64,000 nucleotides of DNA from a virus: the IMG/VR virus record IMGVR_UViG_3300045988_135688, one strand, 5' to 3'. The position numbers were made by a program, and so were the translations under genes. Of this stretch, positions 44,928 through 53,597 are shown piece after piece. The first letter of the stretch is position 1. Each line of letters begins with the position of its first letter. Under the pieces are notes generated by a model. It saw only the letters and a list, made by a program, of their open reading frames with translations, was not told where the DNA came from and did not search any database.

Positions 44928-45716
44928 AGTTGCATATGCAACTAATTGATTCGGGAAAATTCGTAAAAAACCTACGAAATTCGTTGTTTTTTCGTAGACT
45001 TCGTAAACTCTTCGTTTTTCAACACTTGTCAAAAAACTCGCAAAAATTAGTGATTAAATAGCTGAAAACAAGCTATTTAGTCTTGTCAAAAAAAATTGAA
45101 TCGTTAATCGTAAAAATTTCACTCTCTATTAATTTGTATATTAAATGTTAAAGGTAATATATTTATACAATATATACATACACGTACACCTTACATACTC
45201 TATTACAATACATATACATACACAATACATACACAACACATACACATACAGACACCAAAACTGCATACGTAATTTAGTATAGATACATATCAAAACGACG
45301 AAATCAACGAAGAATACTGTAAACCAATAACTTATACTGCAAAAAAAGACATAAAAAATGCAACCATACCTACGAAACACACCAAAAAACCTACGATTTT
45401 CGTAACTTTTTATGTAAAGATTTATCCGATTTTGTTGAAAACTACCGAAAATACACCACCAAACCGCAAAATCAGCCATCCGAGCAAAATTTGGGGAAAA
45501 AAATTTTTCAGAAAAAAATTTATCGGAAGCGACACACCCGCAGCGAAGCCTCTACAAAAGGGGGTATGGCGCTGATTTACAGGCAATTACTCACGTTTAT
45601 CTACCACGATTCTCAATGTTTGTAAATAAAAAAGAATTCTTTTCTACGAGAATCGAATTTCGAAATCTTTACAAATAAAATATCTTTACAAGTGACTTCT
45701 ACGAAGATTTCGTAAT
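44928..45716. promoter_or_regulatory. Array of TACGAA/TTCGTA palindromic sites plus other inverted repeats (operator or origin iterons)
   Basis: Clusters at 44959-45018, 45369-45406 and 45643-45716. 16-bp palindrome AGTTGCATATGCAACT at 44928-44943. AATAGCT-N7-AGCTATT at ~45057-45079. Confidence 0.55.
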
Positions 45717-46334
45717 TCCTTCATTATCAGACACTTACAAACAAATTTAACACAAATTAACATTGAAAAATCTTGAAATTAAACATAATATTAGCTTTGC
45801 ATGGTCTGATCTATTAATATTATGCAATATTAATTTAAAATATGTATATAAACTGTATTGTTTTTGCAAAAAACGGGCTTAATTTATAATGAATGTTAAT
45901 GAAATGTACAACCTAATCAAAAACGCTGTATGTTTGCAGTGTCGGAAGGACAAAGCGATACTTGACGTATTGAAACAGCTTGCCACGGTGAGAGCGTGGT
46001 ACAGATCCGCAAACCAGGGAATAAGCGGAATATAAATAGCGGTGTTGTTAGCCACGATGCAGAGGTACGGGTATTGCTTGATAATGGAGATAGTAACTTA
46101 GTGCGATATGCGATTAACATCCCTAATATAATATAATGTATGTGCGTATGTATCCTATACATAAGCCTTAATACTTGTCTGTTAGTCACGGTCGGTATAT
46201 ATAAGCCGTAAAAACATACGATACGCACATATTGTAATGTAGCTACCATCCTGCCCGGTGTGGTTGGTGTGGTTGGTAACGGTTACAAGCCCGTATGAAT
46301 ACAGAGTACAGTATAAACTTAATACATTATATAT

Positions 46335-47120
46335 ATGGAAGCAAAGAAAATCTCACAGAGAGCAGTTAAGAGTATGATTAACAGCAATGTAACATTACTG
46401 CATATCGGTAATTTTGAAACTGGAAAGCGTACTAACTTGAAACGCGCGGTTAGCGAATGTGTATATGATAGTCGGTTGTATTACAATACGGAATTGCAAT
46501 CGGATAGCGAAAAAATCGAATACCTATCGGTATACGACACGGATAGACTGTTTGAGGTTAAGTTATACGAAACGCATATTGCAGCGTTTAACGAATACAC
46601 TGAGTACCACATTGATTTTGACGATACAAGCAAGTATTACACATTGGTTATAAGTGGCATGCAGTTTTTGATCGTGTCGAATTTAGGGTGGTGTAATATC
46701 TACCAGGTGTTTGATAGCGTGGTGGAAGAACTGGATAAAGATCCTTTGTTTAAAGAAATTAAACAAAGCGGCGTAATAACAAAGGATCAGATACAGACAT
46801 TAAAAAAACGCTCAAACGACTTGCGGCGTAATGTTATTAATTACAATTGGATGGATCGTGTTGGGAACGGATACGGTATACCGTTGACGGAGGAACAAGG
46901 CGCTAAGGAACTAGACTGGATAAAGTCTTTTGTCGGAAAAAATATATATCGTTATAAAGATATAGAGATCATAAAAAATGCATCTCCATCTGATTTTGTT
47001 TTTAAAGGCTTCTATAATAACGGTATAGGGAATTGGTGTAATTACTTGCCAATATACGAAATAAACGGTATAGAATATGTACCAATGTCACAACCCTATA
47101 TAATTGGGAGATATGAGTAA
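46335..47120 (+). CDS. Hypothetical protein (261 aa)
   Basis: ORF track; first gene of the plus-strand block. Confidence 0.65.
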   Translation: MEAKKISQRAVKSMINSNVTLLHIGNFETGKRTNLKRAVSECVYDSRLYYNTELQSDSEKIEYLSVYDTDRLFEVKLYETHIAAFNEYTEYHIDFDDTSKYYTLVISGMQFLIVSNLGWCNIYQVFDSVVEELDKDPLFKEIKQSGVITKDQIQTLKKRSNDLRRNVINYNWMDRVGNGYGIPLTEEQGAKELDWIKSFVGKNIYRYKDIEIIKNASPSDFVFKGFYNNGIGNWCNYLPIYEINGIEYVPMSQPYIIGRYE

Positions 47121-47262
47121 AGAATATAAGTTAACAGTAGAGTTCCATAATGGAGCGCGTTATTGCTATTATGGCAAGACGAAAAAAGAAGCTATTGCCG
47201 AATTTAAGCGCAATTTCGGGAACTTTAAAGGATTTATTAAGAAAGAATGGGAAATAATATGA
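47113..47262 (+). CDS. Small hypothetical protein (49 aa)
   Basis: Hand-called: MSKEYKLTVEFHNGARYCYYGKTKKEAIAEFKRNFGNFKGFIKKEWEII. Overlaps both neighbours by a few nt. Confidence 0.4.
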   Translation: MSKEYKLTVEFHNGARYCYYGKTKKEAIAEFKRNFGNFKGFIKKEWEII

Positions 47263-47468
47263 TAGTTTATACAGTAGAAACGATTGGCGGGCAAATTACA
47301 AGCTACGAAGCGAACAAGGAAAATTTGCCCAAATTTTTAGAAAAGCCCGTTAAGGAAAGTTTTAAAAAGTACGGTTTTTGTATGTGGAAAACTCCAGAAT
47401 ACGAATGTATTATATATCCTACCTTACAGGCTGCACAACATGCTATACAATGGACAATTGAAAATTAA
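47259..47468 (+). CDS. Hypothetical protein (69 aa)
   Basis: ORF track 47247-47468. The ATG at 47259 gives an ATGA overlap with the previous ORF. Confidence 0.5.
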   Translation: MIVYTVETIGGQITSYEANKENLPKFLEKPVKESFKKYGFCMWKTPEYECIIYPTLQAAQHAIQWTIEN

Positions 47469-47486
47469 CGATTAAATATTACAATT

Positions 47487-47849
47487 ATGGAAAGATACGA
47501 TTATTTTGCAGCGGTTAAAGAAGACGTTTTAAATTATATCAATGACAACGGAATAGTAGTAACCACGGAAAACCGGGATGAAGTGGAACAGGAACTCAAC
47601 GATACACTGTTTACATGTGATAGCGTAACGGGAAACGCTTCAGGATCTTACACATTTAACGCGTGGAAGGCTGAAGAAAACCTGTGTCACAATTGGGACC
47701 TGTTAGGAGAAGCGTTAACAGAGTTCGGGTGCGATATGAATTATTTGGGACGCGGTGCAGAATCGTGCGATGTTACGATACGCTGTTATCTGTTAAATCA
47801 AGCAATTTCAGAAGTGTTGGACGAAATAGAAACAGAAGAAGAAGAATAA
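47487..47849 (+). CDS. Hypothetical acidic protein (120 aa)
   Basis: ORF track; acidic tail ETEEEE. Confidence 0.6.
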   Translation: MERYDYFAAVKEDVLNYINDNGIVVTTENRDEVEQELNDTLFTCDSVTGNASGSYTFNAWKAEENLCHNWDLLGEALTEFGCDMNYLGRGAESCDVTIRCYLLNQAISEVLDEIETEEEE

Positions 47850-47911
47850 AACGCGCATACAGGGGTAAATAAGCCCCCGTATCGAAAGATCTCCAGTAAA
47901 TTAAAGAAATT

Positions 47912-48058
47912 ATGAGAACGTTTTTTGCACAAGTTGAAACACGGTATCGGGCGATTAAAAATTGCCCGTTTACCCCCGCACATGTTGTCAAGGTTTTTGG
48001 CGGTTATATGTGTTTTGAGAGTGATAACGATTATAGAGTTTGGAAAAATCAAAAGTAA
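47912..48058 (+). CDS. Small hypothetical protein (48 aa)
   Basis: Hand-called: MRTFFAQVETRYRAIKNCPFTPAHVVKVFGGYMCFESDNDYRVWKNQK. Confidence 0.35.
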   Translation: MRTFFAQVETRYRAIKNCPFTPAHVVKVFGGYMCFESDNDYRVWKNQK

Positions 48059-48064
48059 ACAACT

Positions 48065-48157
48065 ATGATCGAAACATTAATATTATTAGGTTGCTTGTAC
48101 TTATCCATACGAGTAACCGACTACGTAGAAAAACAGAAACAAAGCAATAACAATTAA
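48065..48157 (+). CDS. Small membrane peptide (30 aa)
   Basis: Hand-called: MIETLILLGCLYLSIRVTDYVEKQKQSNNN. Confidence 0.3.
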   Translation: MIETLILLGCLYLSIRVTDYVEKQKQSNNN

Positions 48158-48169
48158 AAATATAACATT

Positions 48170-48472
48170 ATGGAAAGAAGAAACGACATACCCAATTTGC
48201 TTGCAATGTATATATGTAACACAAGTGAGATATATAATATAACATCATGGCTGCAAAACTGTGTAATCAAAAAAGCAAACAAGGGCATACAACCACAATT
48301 AGAATACCTTGCAAATTGCAGCACAATGAAAGGCATAATCAGAGAGGCCGCCAAACTGTTATACAAGTACGATGGGATAACACCCACCAGACAGGAAAAA
48401 CAGGAAGCGGCCCTGGAGCACGCTAAATATATACTTGAATGTGTGCAATACTCCATTCAGAAACACCAATAG
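48170..48472 (+). CDS. Hypothetical protein (100 aa)
   Basis: ORF track. Preferred over the fully overlapping antisense ORF 48154-48456 on composition and strand context. Confidence 0.55.
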   Translation: MERRNDIPNLLAMYICNTSEIYNITSWLQNCVIKKANKGIQPQLEYLANCSTMKGIIREAAKLLYKYDGITPTRQEKQEAALEHAKYILECVQYSIQKHQ

Positions 48473-48544
48473 AGGGCAAAATAAAGCCTTCTATTGAAAG
48501 ATCTCAATCAATACCGATATATTACCCATAAAACAAAAAATATT

Positions 48545-48874
48545 ATGATACTAGTAATACTAAAAAACAGCAAAACAGGTAGCCAATATATTTGCAAATC
48601 GGCTTCAAAAACAGTAAAGTATATAAGCTACCATTTCGTATGCAGGCACAAGGATCACCCGTTTTTTAAACAATTCTATCACGGTCCGAACGGAATACAA
48701 ACAGGATCAGAACGATACAAGGAAATAGAAGCCCTAGAAAAATCTATCTATAATACACCGATACACGAATTACTAGAGCTAACCATCACGGAAACACCCC
48801 TAGACGGACGTACACGATACGCAAAACAGTTACCCGTATATAATGTGGACGTATTGGCAGAACTCACCTATTAA
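48545..48874 (+). CDS. Hypothetical protein (109 aa)
   Basis: The ORF track start at 48494 is TTG; first ATG is at 48545. Confidence 0.55.
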   Translation: MILVILKNSKTGSQYICKSASKTVKYISYHFVCRHKDHPFFKQFYHGPNGIQTGSERYKEIEALEKSIYNTPIHELLELTITETPLDGRTRYAKQLPVYNVDVLAELTY

Positions 48875-48895
48875 TCAATCAAAAACAATATAATT

Positions 48896-49072
48896 ATGAT
48901 ACAGTTTTCTATTGATAGCTTCAGTAATGGTATATCAGGCCGCCCGTATAAATCAATCAATGAAGCTATACAAGACGGTGGCTACTCCGTTTGGTGCAAC
49001 GAAAAGATTAAAAAAGCATTCAGTTTTGGGAACGGCACGGAAAATGTACCTAGATACGCCCGAATTGATTAA
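48896..49072 (+). CDS. Small hypothetical protein (58 aa)
   Basis: Hand-called: MIQFSIDSFSNGISGRPYKSINEAIQDGGYSVWCNEKIKKAFSFGNGTENVPRYARID. More protein-like than the 5' part of ORF 48912-49259. Confidence 0.35.
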   Translation: MIQFSIDSFSNGISGRPYKSINEAIQDGGYSVWCNEKIKKAFSFGNGTENVPRYARID

Positions 49073-49259
49073 GTTTGTAAGAGAACACGCAAACGACTAC
49101 GATACGTTAAAACGAAAAGACGTACCTAGATGCCTAACTATTAAGTATAGTCGGAATGGACGTTATTTTTCCGTATATATTGAAAAATTTGGGGAAATAA
49201 GTTTTAAAGAAGTTTTGAATGTTTTCCCGTTACTTCCCAAATCATATTTGAACGAATAA
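49044..49259 (+). CDS. Hypothetical protein (71 aa from MYLDTPELIKF)
   Basis: 3' part of ORF track 48912-49259 (TTG start). The internal ATG at 49044 is preferred. Confidence 0.45.
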   Translation: MYLDTPELIKFVREHANDYDTLKRKDVPRCLTIKYSRNGRYFSVYIEKFGEISFKEVLNVFPLLPKSYLNE

Positions 49260-49501
49260 TGAAAGTGATTAGAGTGATTAGAGTTTTAAGGAGAATACTA
49301 ACTGATTCAGATATTATAGACCTGTATGGTTTATATTGTGAGTTTTACAAAAATATACAATAATATTAGATAACATTTTGCGTAACTTATTGGTTGCCGG
49401 GAACATTGTAACCGTACCGTTTGAACAAATGAGAGAGATACGCAAAGAACTGGGCTGATTTGTTAAGCCTGTCATTTAGGGAATTAAGATAAATAGGATT
49501 G

Positions 49502-49573
49502 CCCGGTATGGAGAACAACGAACAGAGCGATACTATTACCTGGAACTAATTAATAACTTAAAAACGAAAAGAT
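49502..49573 (+). repeat. 72-nt upstream element, copy 1 (hairpin plus A-rich leader)
   Basis: Same length and position relative to the ATG as 49803-49874. Stem CCCGGTA/TACCTGG. Confidence 0.7.
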
Positions 49574-49906
49574 ATGAATATTATTACAGATAAGGCGAAA
49601 ACTCCTGCAAAGCTACGTTATAGGGTGAGCGATAACAGCGGAACAATAAATAAGGAGTTCGGCAAAAATCAACAAGCGGCCTATGACTTTGCAAACGAGA
49701 TGAAAGAAACGGCACCATACGCGGATATTTTGCTTTTAAACATAGAGGGCAATGGCAAACGAATACGGTATTCATTGATCATGTATTTAAATAACCAACT
49801 ATCCCGGCGTGGAGAACAACAAGCGGATCGCCACCGCCGCCGGGAACTATTTATTAACTTAAAAATAAAAAGACATGGAAAGTACATTAAAGTTGTTAGC
49901 TACTGA
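49574..49906 (+). CDS. Hypothetical protein (110 aa; C-terminal third reads through repeat copy 2)
   Basis: ORF track. Confidence 0.5.
   Translation: MNIITDKAKTPAKLRYRVSDNSGTINKEFGKNQQAAYDFANEMKETAPYADILLLNIEGNGKRIRYSLIMYLNNQLSRRGEQQADRHRRRELFINLKIKRHGKYIKVVSY
49803..49874 (+). repeat. 72-nt upstream element, copy 2
   Basis: Stem CCCGGCG/CGCCGGG with compensatory changes versus copy 1. Confidence 0.7.
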
Positions 49907-50099
49907 CAGACAGGCGCAAATACTATTCAACAACTATTGCGTTAAACTGATGGAGTTCAAAGGGGATAAAGAAAGTTATCCAGAAATGAATATAAATAAT
50001 GAAATAATTTACCCGTGGCGTGTTACATTACGGCATAAAGAAGAATTAGGCAAACTTCGTGGGGTGTATTCATTTGAAAAACTTGTAAGTATCATTTGA
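49875..50099 (+). CDS. Hypothetical protein (74 aa)
   Basis: ORF track. Confidence 0.55.
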   Translation: MESTLKLLATDRQAQILFNNYCVKLMEFKGDKESYPEMNINNEIIYPWRVTLRHKEELGKLRGVYSFEKLVSII

Positions 50100-50115
50100 T
50101 TTAAAAATAATCATT

Positions 50116-50262
50116 ATGAAACGAATTGAAATTTTGGCTTTATTATCATTAAGTCTATCATCATGTAGTGAATACTTCGATAAACAACAAAGTAAGAATG
50201 AACTAAAGAAAAAGTATTCTTTCGCATTAAATTACTATGTTGAAAGATTGTCCGTTATTTGA
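50116..50262 (+). CDS. Small lipoprotein (48 aa)
   Basis: Hand-called: MKRIEILALLSLSLSSCSEYF... (signal peptide plus lipobox LSSC). Confidence 0.45.
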   Translation: MKRIEILALLSLSLSSCSEYFDKQQSKNELKKKYSFALNYYVERLSVI

Positions 50263-50337
50263 ATCATACAGAGATAGTATCAACAAGTACACAATACTTT
50301 CAAATGAACTTGATTACTAACTTAAAAACAAAAGAAT

Positions 50338-50610
50338 ATGGGAACGAGCAATCAGCTAAGTATTAAGCAAATTATTTGTTTTAACATTATAGCGGCTGAA
50401 AAAGTTGCCGGGAATATATGTCAAGGTCTTGCTGTTAAGCTAGGGAAAGCGTTTATATACGATAACCGTGATATTGATGTCAATGAAATCTCATACATTA
50501 GTCAACAATGTGAGATTGCGCTTCAAAATATATCCGAATTAGGTCTTACGGAAGCCAAGAACAATGAAATGAATAATATAATAGCTAAATATAATGGGAA
50601 CGAACAATAA
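50338..50610 (+). CDS. Hypothetical protein (90 aa)
   Basis: ORF track. Preceded by the same AACTTAAAAACAAAAGAAT leader as 49574 and 49875. Confidence 0.55.
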   Translation: MGTSNQLSIKQIICFNIIAAEKVAGNICQGLAVKLGKAFIYDNRDIDVNEISYISQQCEIALQNISELGLTEAKNNEMNNIIAKYNGNEQ

Positions 50611-50842
50611 ACAAGCTATCCTGGAAGGACGGAAATGGGATGTGATAGAGAGTGTTGACGGATATTTTTCCGGGGAAAAGAACGGAGTTATCATACAAGG
50701 AACGACAATGAGTGATCTGTATGAAAAATGTAAATCTTTTGATATAGCTTCGGTTATGGAGAAGATTAATACGGGTGACAATCTGAACGACTGGGAAAAA
50801 CGCTTAATAAAAGTTAATAAAAAGTTGTTGGCAAACCAATAA
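50594..50842 (+). CDS. Hypothetical protein (82 aa)
   Basis: ORF track. Confidence 0.55.
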   Translation: MGTNNKQAILEGRKWDVIESVDGYFSGEKNGVIIQGTTMSDLYEKCKSFDIASVMEKINTGDNLNDWEKRLIKVNKKLLANQ

Positions 50843-50858
50843 ACTATATCTTTGCCAT

Positions 50859-51044
50859 ATGAGAAAGAAATACGTGGCATATTATAAGGGATGTACAATA
50901 GAGGTCACAGGAGAAAAAGACTTCATGTACCAGATAATAAAAGGTGAACGGATGGTTCTCTTTGTAGATATGTTTTACAGGTCTACAACTGATGCGCTAA
51001 AGGGCGCAATGAGGTGGGTGGACAATAATGTTAGAAAGGAGTGA
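50859..51044 (+). CDS. Hypothetical protein (61 aa)
   Basis: ORF track. -7 box TATCTTTG ends 4 nt before the ATG. Confidence 0.5.
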   Translation: MRKKYVAYYKGCTIEVTGEKDFMYQIIKGERMVLFVDMFYRSTTDALKGAMRWVDNNVRKE

Positions 51045-51182
51045 ATTTATGCTTTTTGGAATTGTTTTTGCTATGATAATGAAAGCTATATGTGGAAATA
51101 TGTTGGACGATTGATGATTGTCATTGTATGGCTTATTGTGTTACAGATTTTGTCTGAATGTTAATTATGTGTGTATATTTAT

Positions 51183-51488
51183 ATGACTAAAGAAGAATTT
51201 AAATCAAAGAAAGAAATTATCAATTCAAAGATAAGAGAATTGAATAACGAAATGATAAAATTAAAGAAGGAGTACATTGAATCCAATGTGAAGTATCCTA
51301 TCGGAAGCAAGGTGTGTATTACTACTAATGAATCAAAACGATATGCCTATGTCAAGGATTATAGGATTGATTTTTTTGACAATATTGAACCATTGTTTAA
51401 CAAGGTGAAGAAAGATGGAACCGTGTCGGAGATGGGCTTATATGTTTGGTCTTGTGAATGCCCTACGATAGAACTAGTAAAGGAGTAA
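51183..51488 (+). CDS. Hypothetical protein (101 aa)
   Basis: The ORF track start at 51171 is GTG; ATG is at 51183. Confidence 0.55.
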   Translation: MTKEEFKSKKEIINSKIRELNNEMIKLKKEYIESNVKYPIGSKVCITTNESKRYAYVKDYRIDFFDNIEPLFNKVKKDGTVSEMGLYVWSCECPTIELVKE

Positions 51489-51493
51489 TTGTT

Positions 51494-51655
51494 ATGGCAA
51501 AGGTAATGAATTTAGGAGCACATTGTAGTGAATGTATTCACTATCAATGTATTTGTCCGTTTATGTATTGCATGGCTTTACAAAAGAGAATAACGGCTAG
51601 GAAAACTCCTAAGTATTGTAAACATTATAAAACGTATAAAATGAAACGGTCATGA
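51494..51655 (+). CDS. Small Cys-rich protein (53 aa)
   Basis: AAGGAG 8 nt upstream of the ATG. CSECIHYQCICPFMYC. Confidence 0.5.
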   Translation: MAKVMNLGAHCSECIHYQCICPFMYCMALQKRITARKTPKYCKHYKTYKMKRS

Positions 51656-51843
51656 ATAAGGTGGAAGTAGGAATCCTTGACGAGAACGATCTGTTTGAAC
51701 ACAGGGGTGTAATATATGAGGTCTTATACAAGACGGATTATTGTGTCCGTTGCCAATACCCAAACGACAAATATCGTTACAGGGATATGTGGAAATATCT
51801 CTATACCGAATTTAGTTTGTGGATAAAAGTGAACAAGATATGA
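51652..51843 (+). CDS. Hypothetical protein (63 aa)
   Basis: ORF track; ATGA overlap. Confidence 0.55.
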   Translation: MNKVEVGILDENDLFEHRGVIYEVLYKTDYCVRCQYPNDKYRYRDMWKYLYTEFSLWIKVNKI

Positions 51844-52001
51844 AAACATTGGTTTTTGATGTGATGCTTGACGGGCGATTTGTACATACGTTCAGATACC
51901 AATATTGCCCGTTGTTCCCGATAGACGAACAGGAACTAGAGAAGTTTGTTACCGACAGGCTTCCTACATTAAAAGGTAAAGATTTTAAAATAGTATTTTG
52001 A
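51840..52001 (+). CDS. Hypothetical protein (53 aa)
   Basis: ORF track 51819. The ATG at 51840 gives an ATGA overlap. Confidence 0.5.
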   Translation: MKTLVFDVMLDGRFVHTFRYQYCPLFPIDEQELEKFVTDRLPTLKGKDFKIVF

Positions 52002-52002
52002 T

Positions 52003-52398
52003 ATGAAACAGACAGTAGAAGAAGCAGCAAGAGAAAATATCCTGTTTAATCACAGGACAGTTGACAGAACTTTGTTTGGTAAAGATTTGGCAAAGTTTGG
52101 AGAGATGAATTTCGTTCAAGGTGCCGAATGGCAGTCAAAGCAATCTCCTTGGATAAGCGTTAATGAACGGTTGCCGGAAAATGAAGATATGGTATTTACA
52201 CTCTGTAAGGTGAAGCGCTCTAATAATTATTTTATATGTGTAAACAATTATATAGATGGAGAATGGGAAGCAAAAGCATTAGTGTATTATGATACGGTGT
52301 ATTATGATACGGTAGCTTGGATGCCCATCCCGTCTTTTGATGATATACTAGAAGCCAACAGAGATGTACTTGAACGGATTAAAGAGAAAGGAGATTAA
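52003..52398 (+). CDS. DUF551-like protein
   Basis: WISVNERLPENEDMVF ... WMPIPSFDD resembles the DUF551 pattern. Contains a 15-bp tandem duplication. Confidence 0.5.
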   Translation: MKQTVEEAARENILFNHRTVDRTLFGKDLAKFGEMNFVQGAEWQSKQSPWISVNERLPENEDMVFTLCKVKRSNNYFICVNNYIDGEWEAKALVYYDTVYYDTVAWMPIPSFDDILEANRDVLERIKEKGD

Positions 52399-52458
52399 TT
52401 ATGGGATTCAGTAGAGGAGCAAAGCCGGGTGCAGAAAACAGAAAAGGAGGAATAAATT

Positions 52459-52749
52459 ATGTGTAATTCAATAGAATGGGGCAGATGCGAAATATGTGGA
52501 AAAGAAACCCAGTTGGAACGTACTTATTTTTACTATCCAATTCATTGTGAATGTTGTGGCAATAAGGAAAATAGACATTTTGAAATGATAAGACATTGTA
52601 AAAAATGTCCTGCCCCTATGCCTAAAGAAATACATCCACTATGTAAGGCAATGGACGGTAAGACTTATCATGCGAGTGTTTCCAATATGCTTCCCATTGA
52701 TATTCATGGAGAGTTTATTATAAATGAGCGAATAATTAAGGAGGAATAA
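52459..52749 (+). CDS. Cys-rich zinc-ribbon-like protein (96 aa)
   Basis: CEICGK...CECCGN...CKKCP. AGGAGG 8 nt upstream. Confidence 0.6.
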   Translation: MCNSIEWGRCEICGKETQLERTYFYYPIHCECCGNKENRHFEMIRHCKKCPAPMPKEIHPLCKAMDGKTYHASVSNMLPIDIHGEFIINERIIKEE

Positions 52750-52751
52750 CT

Positions 52752-53138
52752 ATGGGATTTACAACACCGTGTTTCATACGCAAAAATACTGATAATATTA
52801 GAAATAGATTAAAAGAACTTGGCTATTATTGTAATACATATTTAGGTTGGCATAATCTATGTACTTGTATGTTTGGAATTATTTCGGTTTATTCATGGCG
52901 CGATGATGATATAAATGCTCTTAAAGAAATAGATGTCCTTGTTGATTGCGGAGCTAACGAGGAACTTTTCCTAGCTATCGCTGCATTAAGGGATGATACA
53001 GACAAGTACCAATGGTTTACCGATGGGGATTTATGGTTTAAATGTGGTGATGAAGTATGTAATGAAGGTAGAAAAATTCACAAGGCTACCGTAAACGAAC
53101 TGATTGAACACTTTAAAACAAAGGAGGAACAATTATGA
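52752..53138 (+). CDS. Hypothetical protein (128 aa)
   Basis: ORF track; AGGAGG upstream. Confidence 0.6.
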   Translation: MGFTTPCFIRKNTDNIRNRLKELGYYCNTYLGWHNLCTCMFGIISVYSWRDDDINALKEIDVLVDCGANEELFLAIAALRDDTDKYQWFTDGDLWFKCGDEVCNEGRKIHKATVNELIEHFKTKEEQL

Positions 53139-53299
53139 TTACAATAGCATGGTATAATGTAGTGGCAATTATAGTTTTAATACTTTGGTTGTTTTGGGCA
53201 TCTAATGGTAAGGACGGTGCTTTTGGTTTGGGTGCTGTTGTCAAACTTGTAGCAGGTATTATTTTTATATTATTTTGGGGTGGAATGTTTTGGTGGTAA
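53135..53299 (+). CDS. Small two-TM membrane protein (54 aa)
   Basis: Hand-called: MITIAWYNVVAIIVLILWLFWASNGKDGAFGLGAVVKLVAGIIFILFWGGMFWW. AGGAGG upstream, ATGA overlap. Confidence 0.45.
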   Translation: MITIAWYNVVAIIVLILWLFWASNGKDGAFGLGAVVKLVAGIIFILFWGGMFWW

Positions 53300-53318
53300 T
53301 ATAATAAATGATTAAACA

Positions 53319-53597
53319 ATGAAAGCAAGAATAAAATCAACTGGAGAAATTGTAGAGATTAAGGATTTATATGATGATGGTACTGCATTGGTGGGAAACA
53401 TGTATATCAAGGTGTCAGAACTTAATTTCTTTAGTGAAAACATTGATTGGGAACAACGTAGGTACGAATTGGCAAAAGACATTATTAAAATTGTTATAGC
53501 AAACGACTATGGTGTTAATTCTGATGTAGTCGCTAAATATTCGCTTAATTGCGCTGATGCACTAATTAAAAGATTAAAGGAGGTGAATAATGAATAG
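53319..53597 (+). CDS. Hypothetical protein (92 aa)
   Basis: ORF track. Confidence 0.6.
   Translation: MKARIKSTGEIVEIKDLYDDGTALVGNMYIKVSELNFFSENIDWEQRRYELAKDIIKIVIANDYGVNSDVVAKYSLNCADALIKRLKEVNNE

Noticed and set aside
45141-45479. 112-aa minus-strand ORF
   Set aside because: It is generated by the (ACATAC)n low-complexity tract, and its Cys/Tyr/Val/Phe-rich translation is implausible.
45917-46249. 110-aa minus-strand ORF
   Set aside because: It has no promoter box or coupling and an odd composition. It would point into the control region. It is kept only as an unexplained non-coding stretch.
48154-48456. 100-aa minus-strand ORF fully overlapping 48170-48472
   Set aside because: The plus-strand partner has ordinary globular composition and fits the strand context. 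The minus-strand translation is hydrophobic and Cys-rich.
50539-50898. 119-aa minus-strand ORF; likewise 53113-53340, 53726-53917, 54082-54460, 55045-55281, 55416-55891
   Set aside because: They are antisense to tightly packed, translationally coupled plus-strand genes.
53101-53160. Apparent 1-nt discrepancies between my hand count and ORF-track frames (here and at ~22681)
   Set aside because: The ORF-track coordinates are internally consistent at both flanks, so I treat the mismatch as my own reading error, not a frameshift. For the same reason, hand-derived coordinates are quoted as +/- 1-2 nt.
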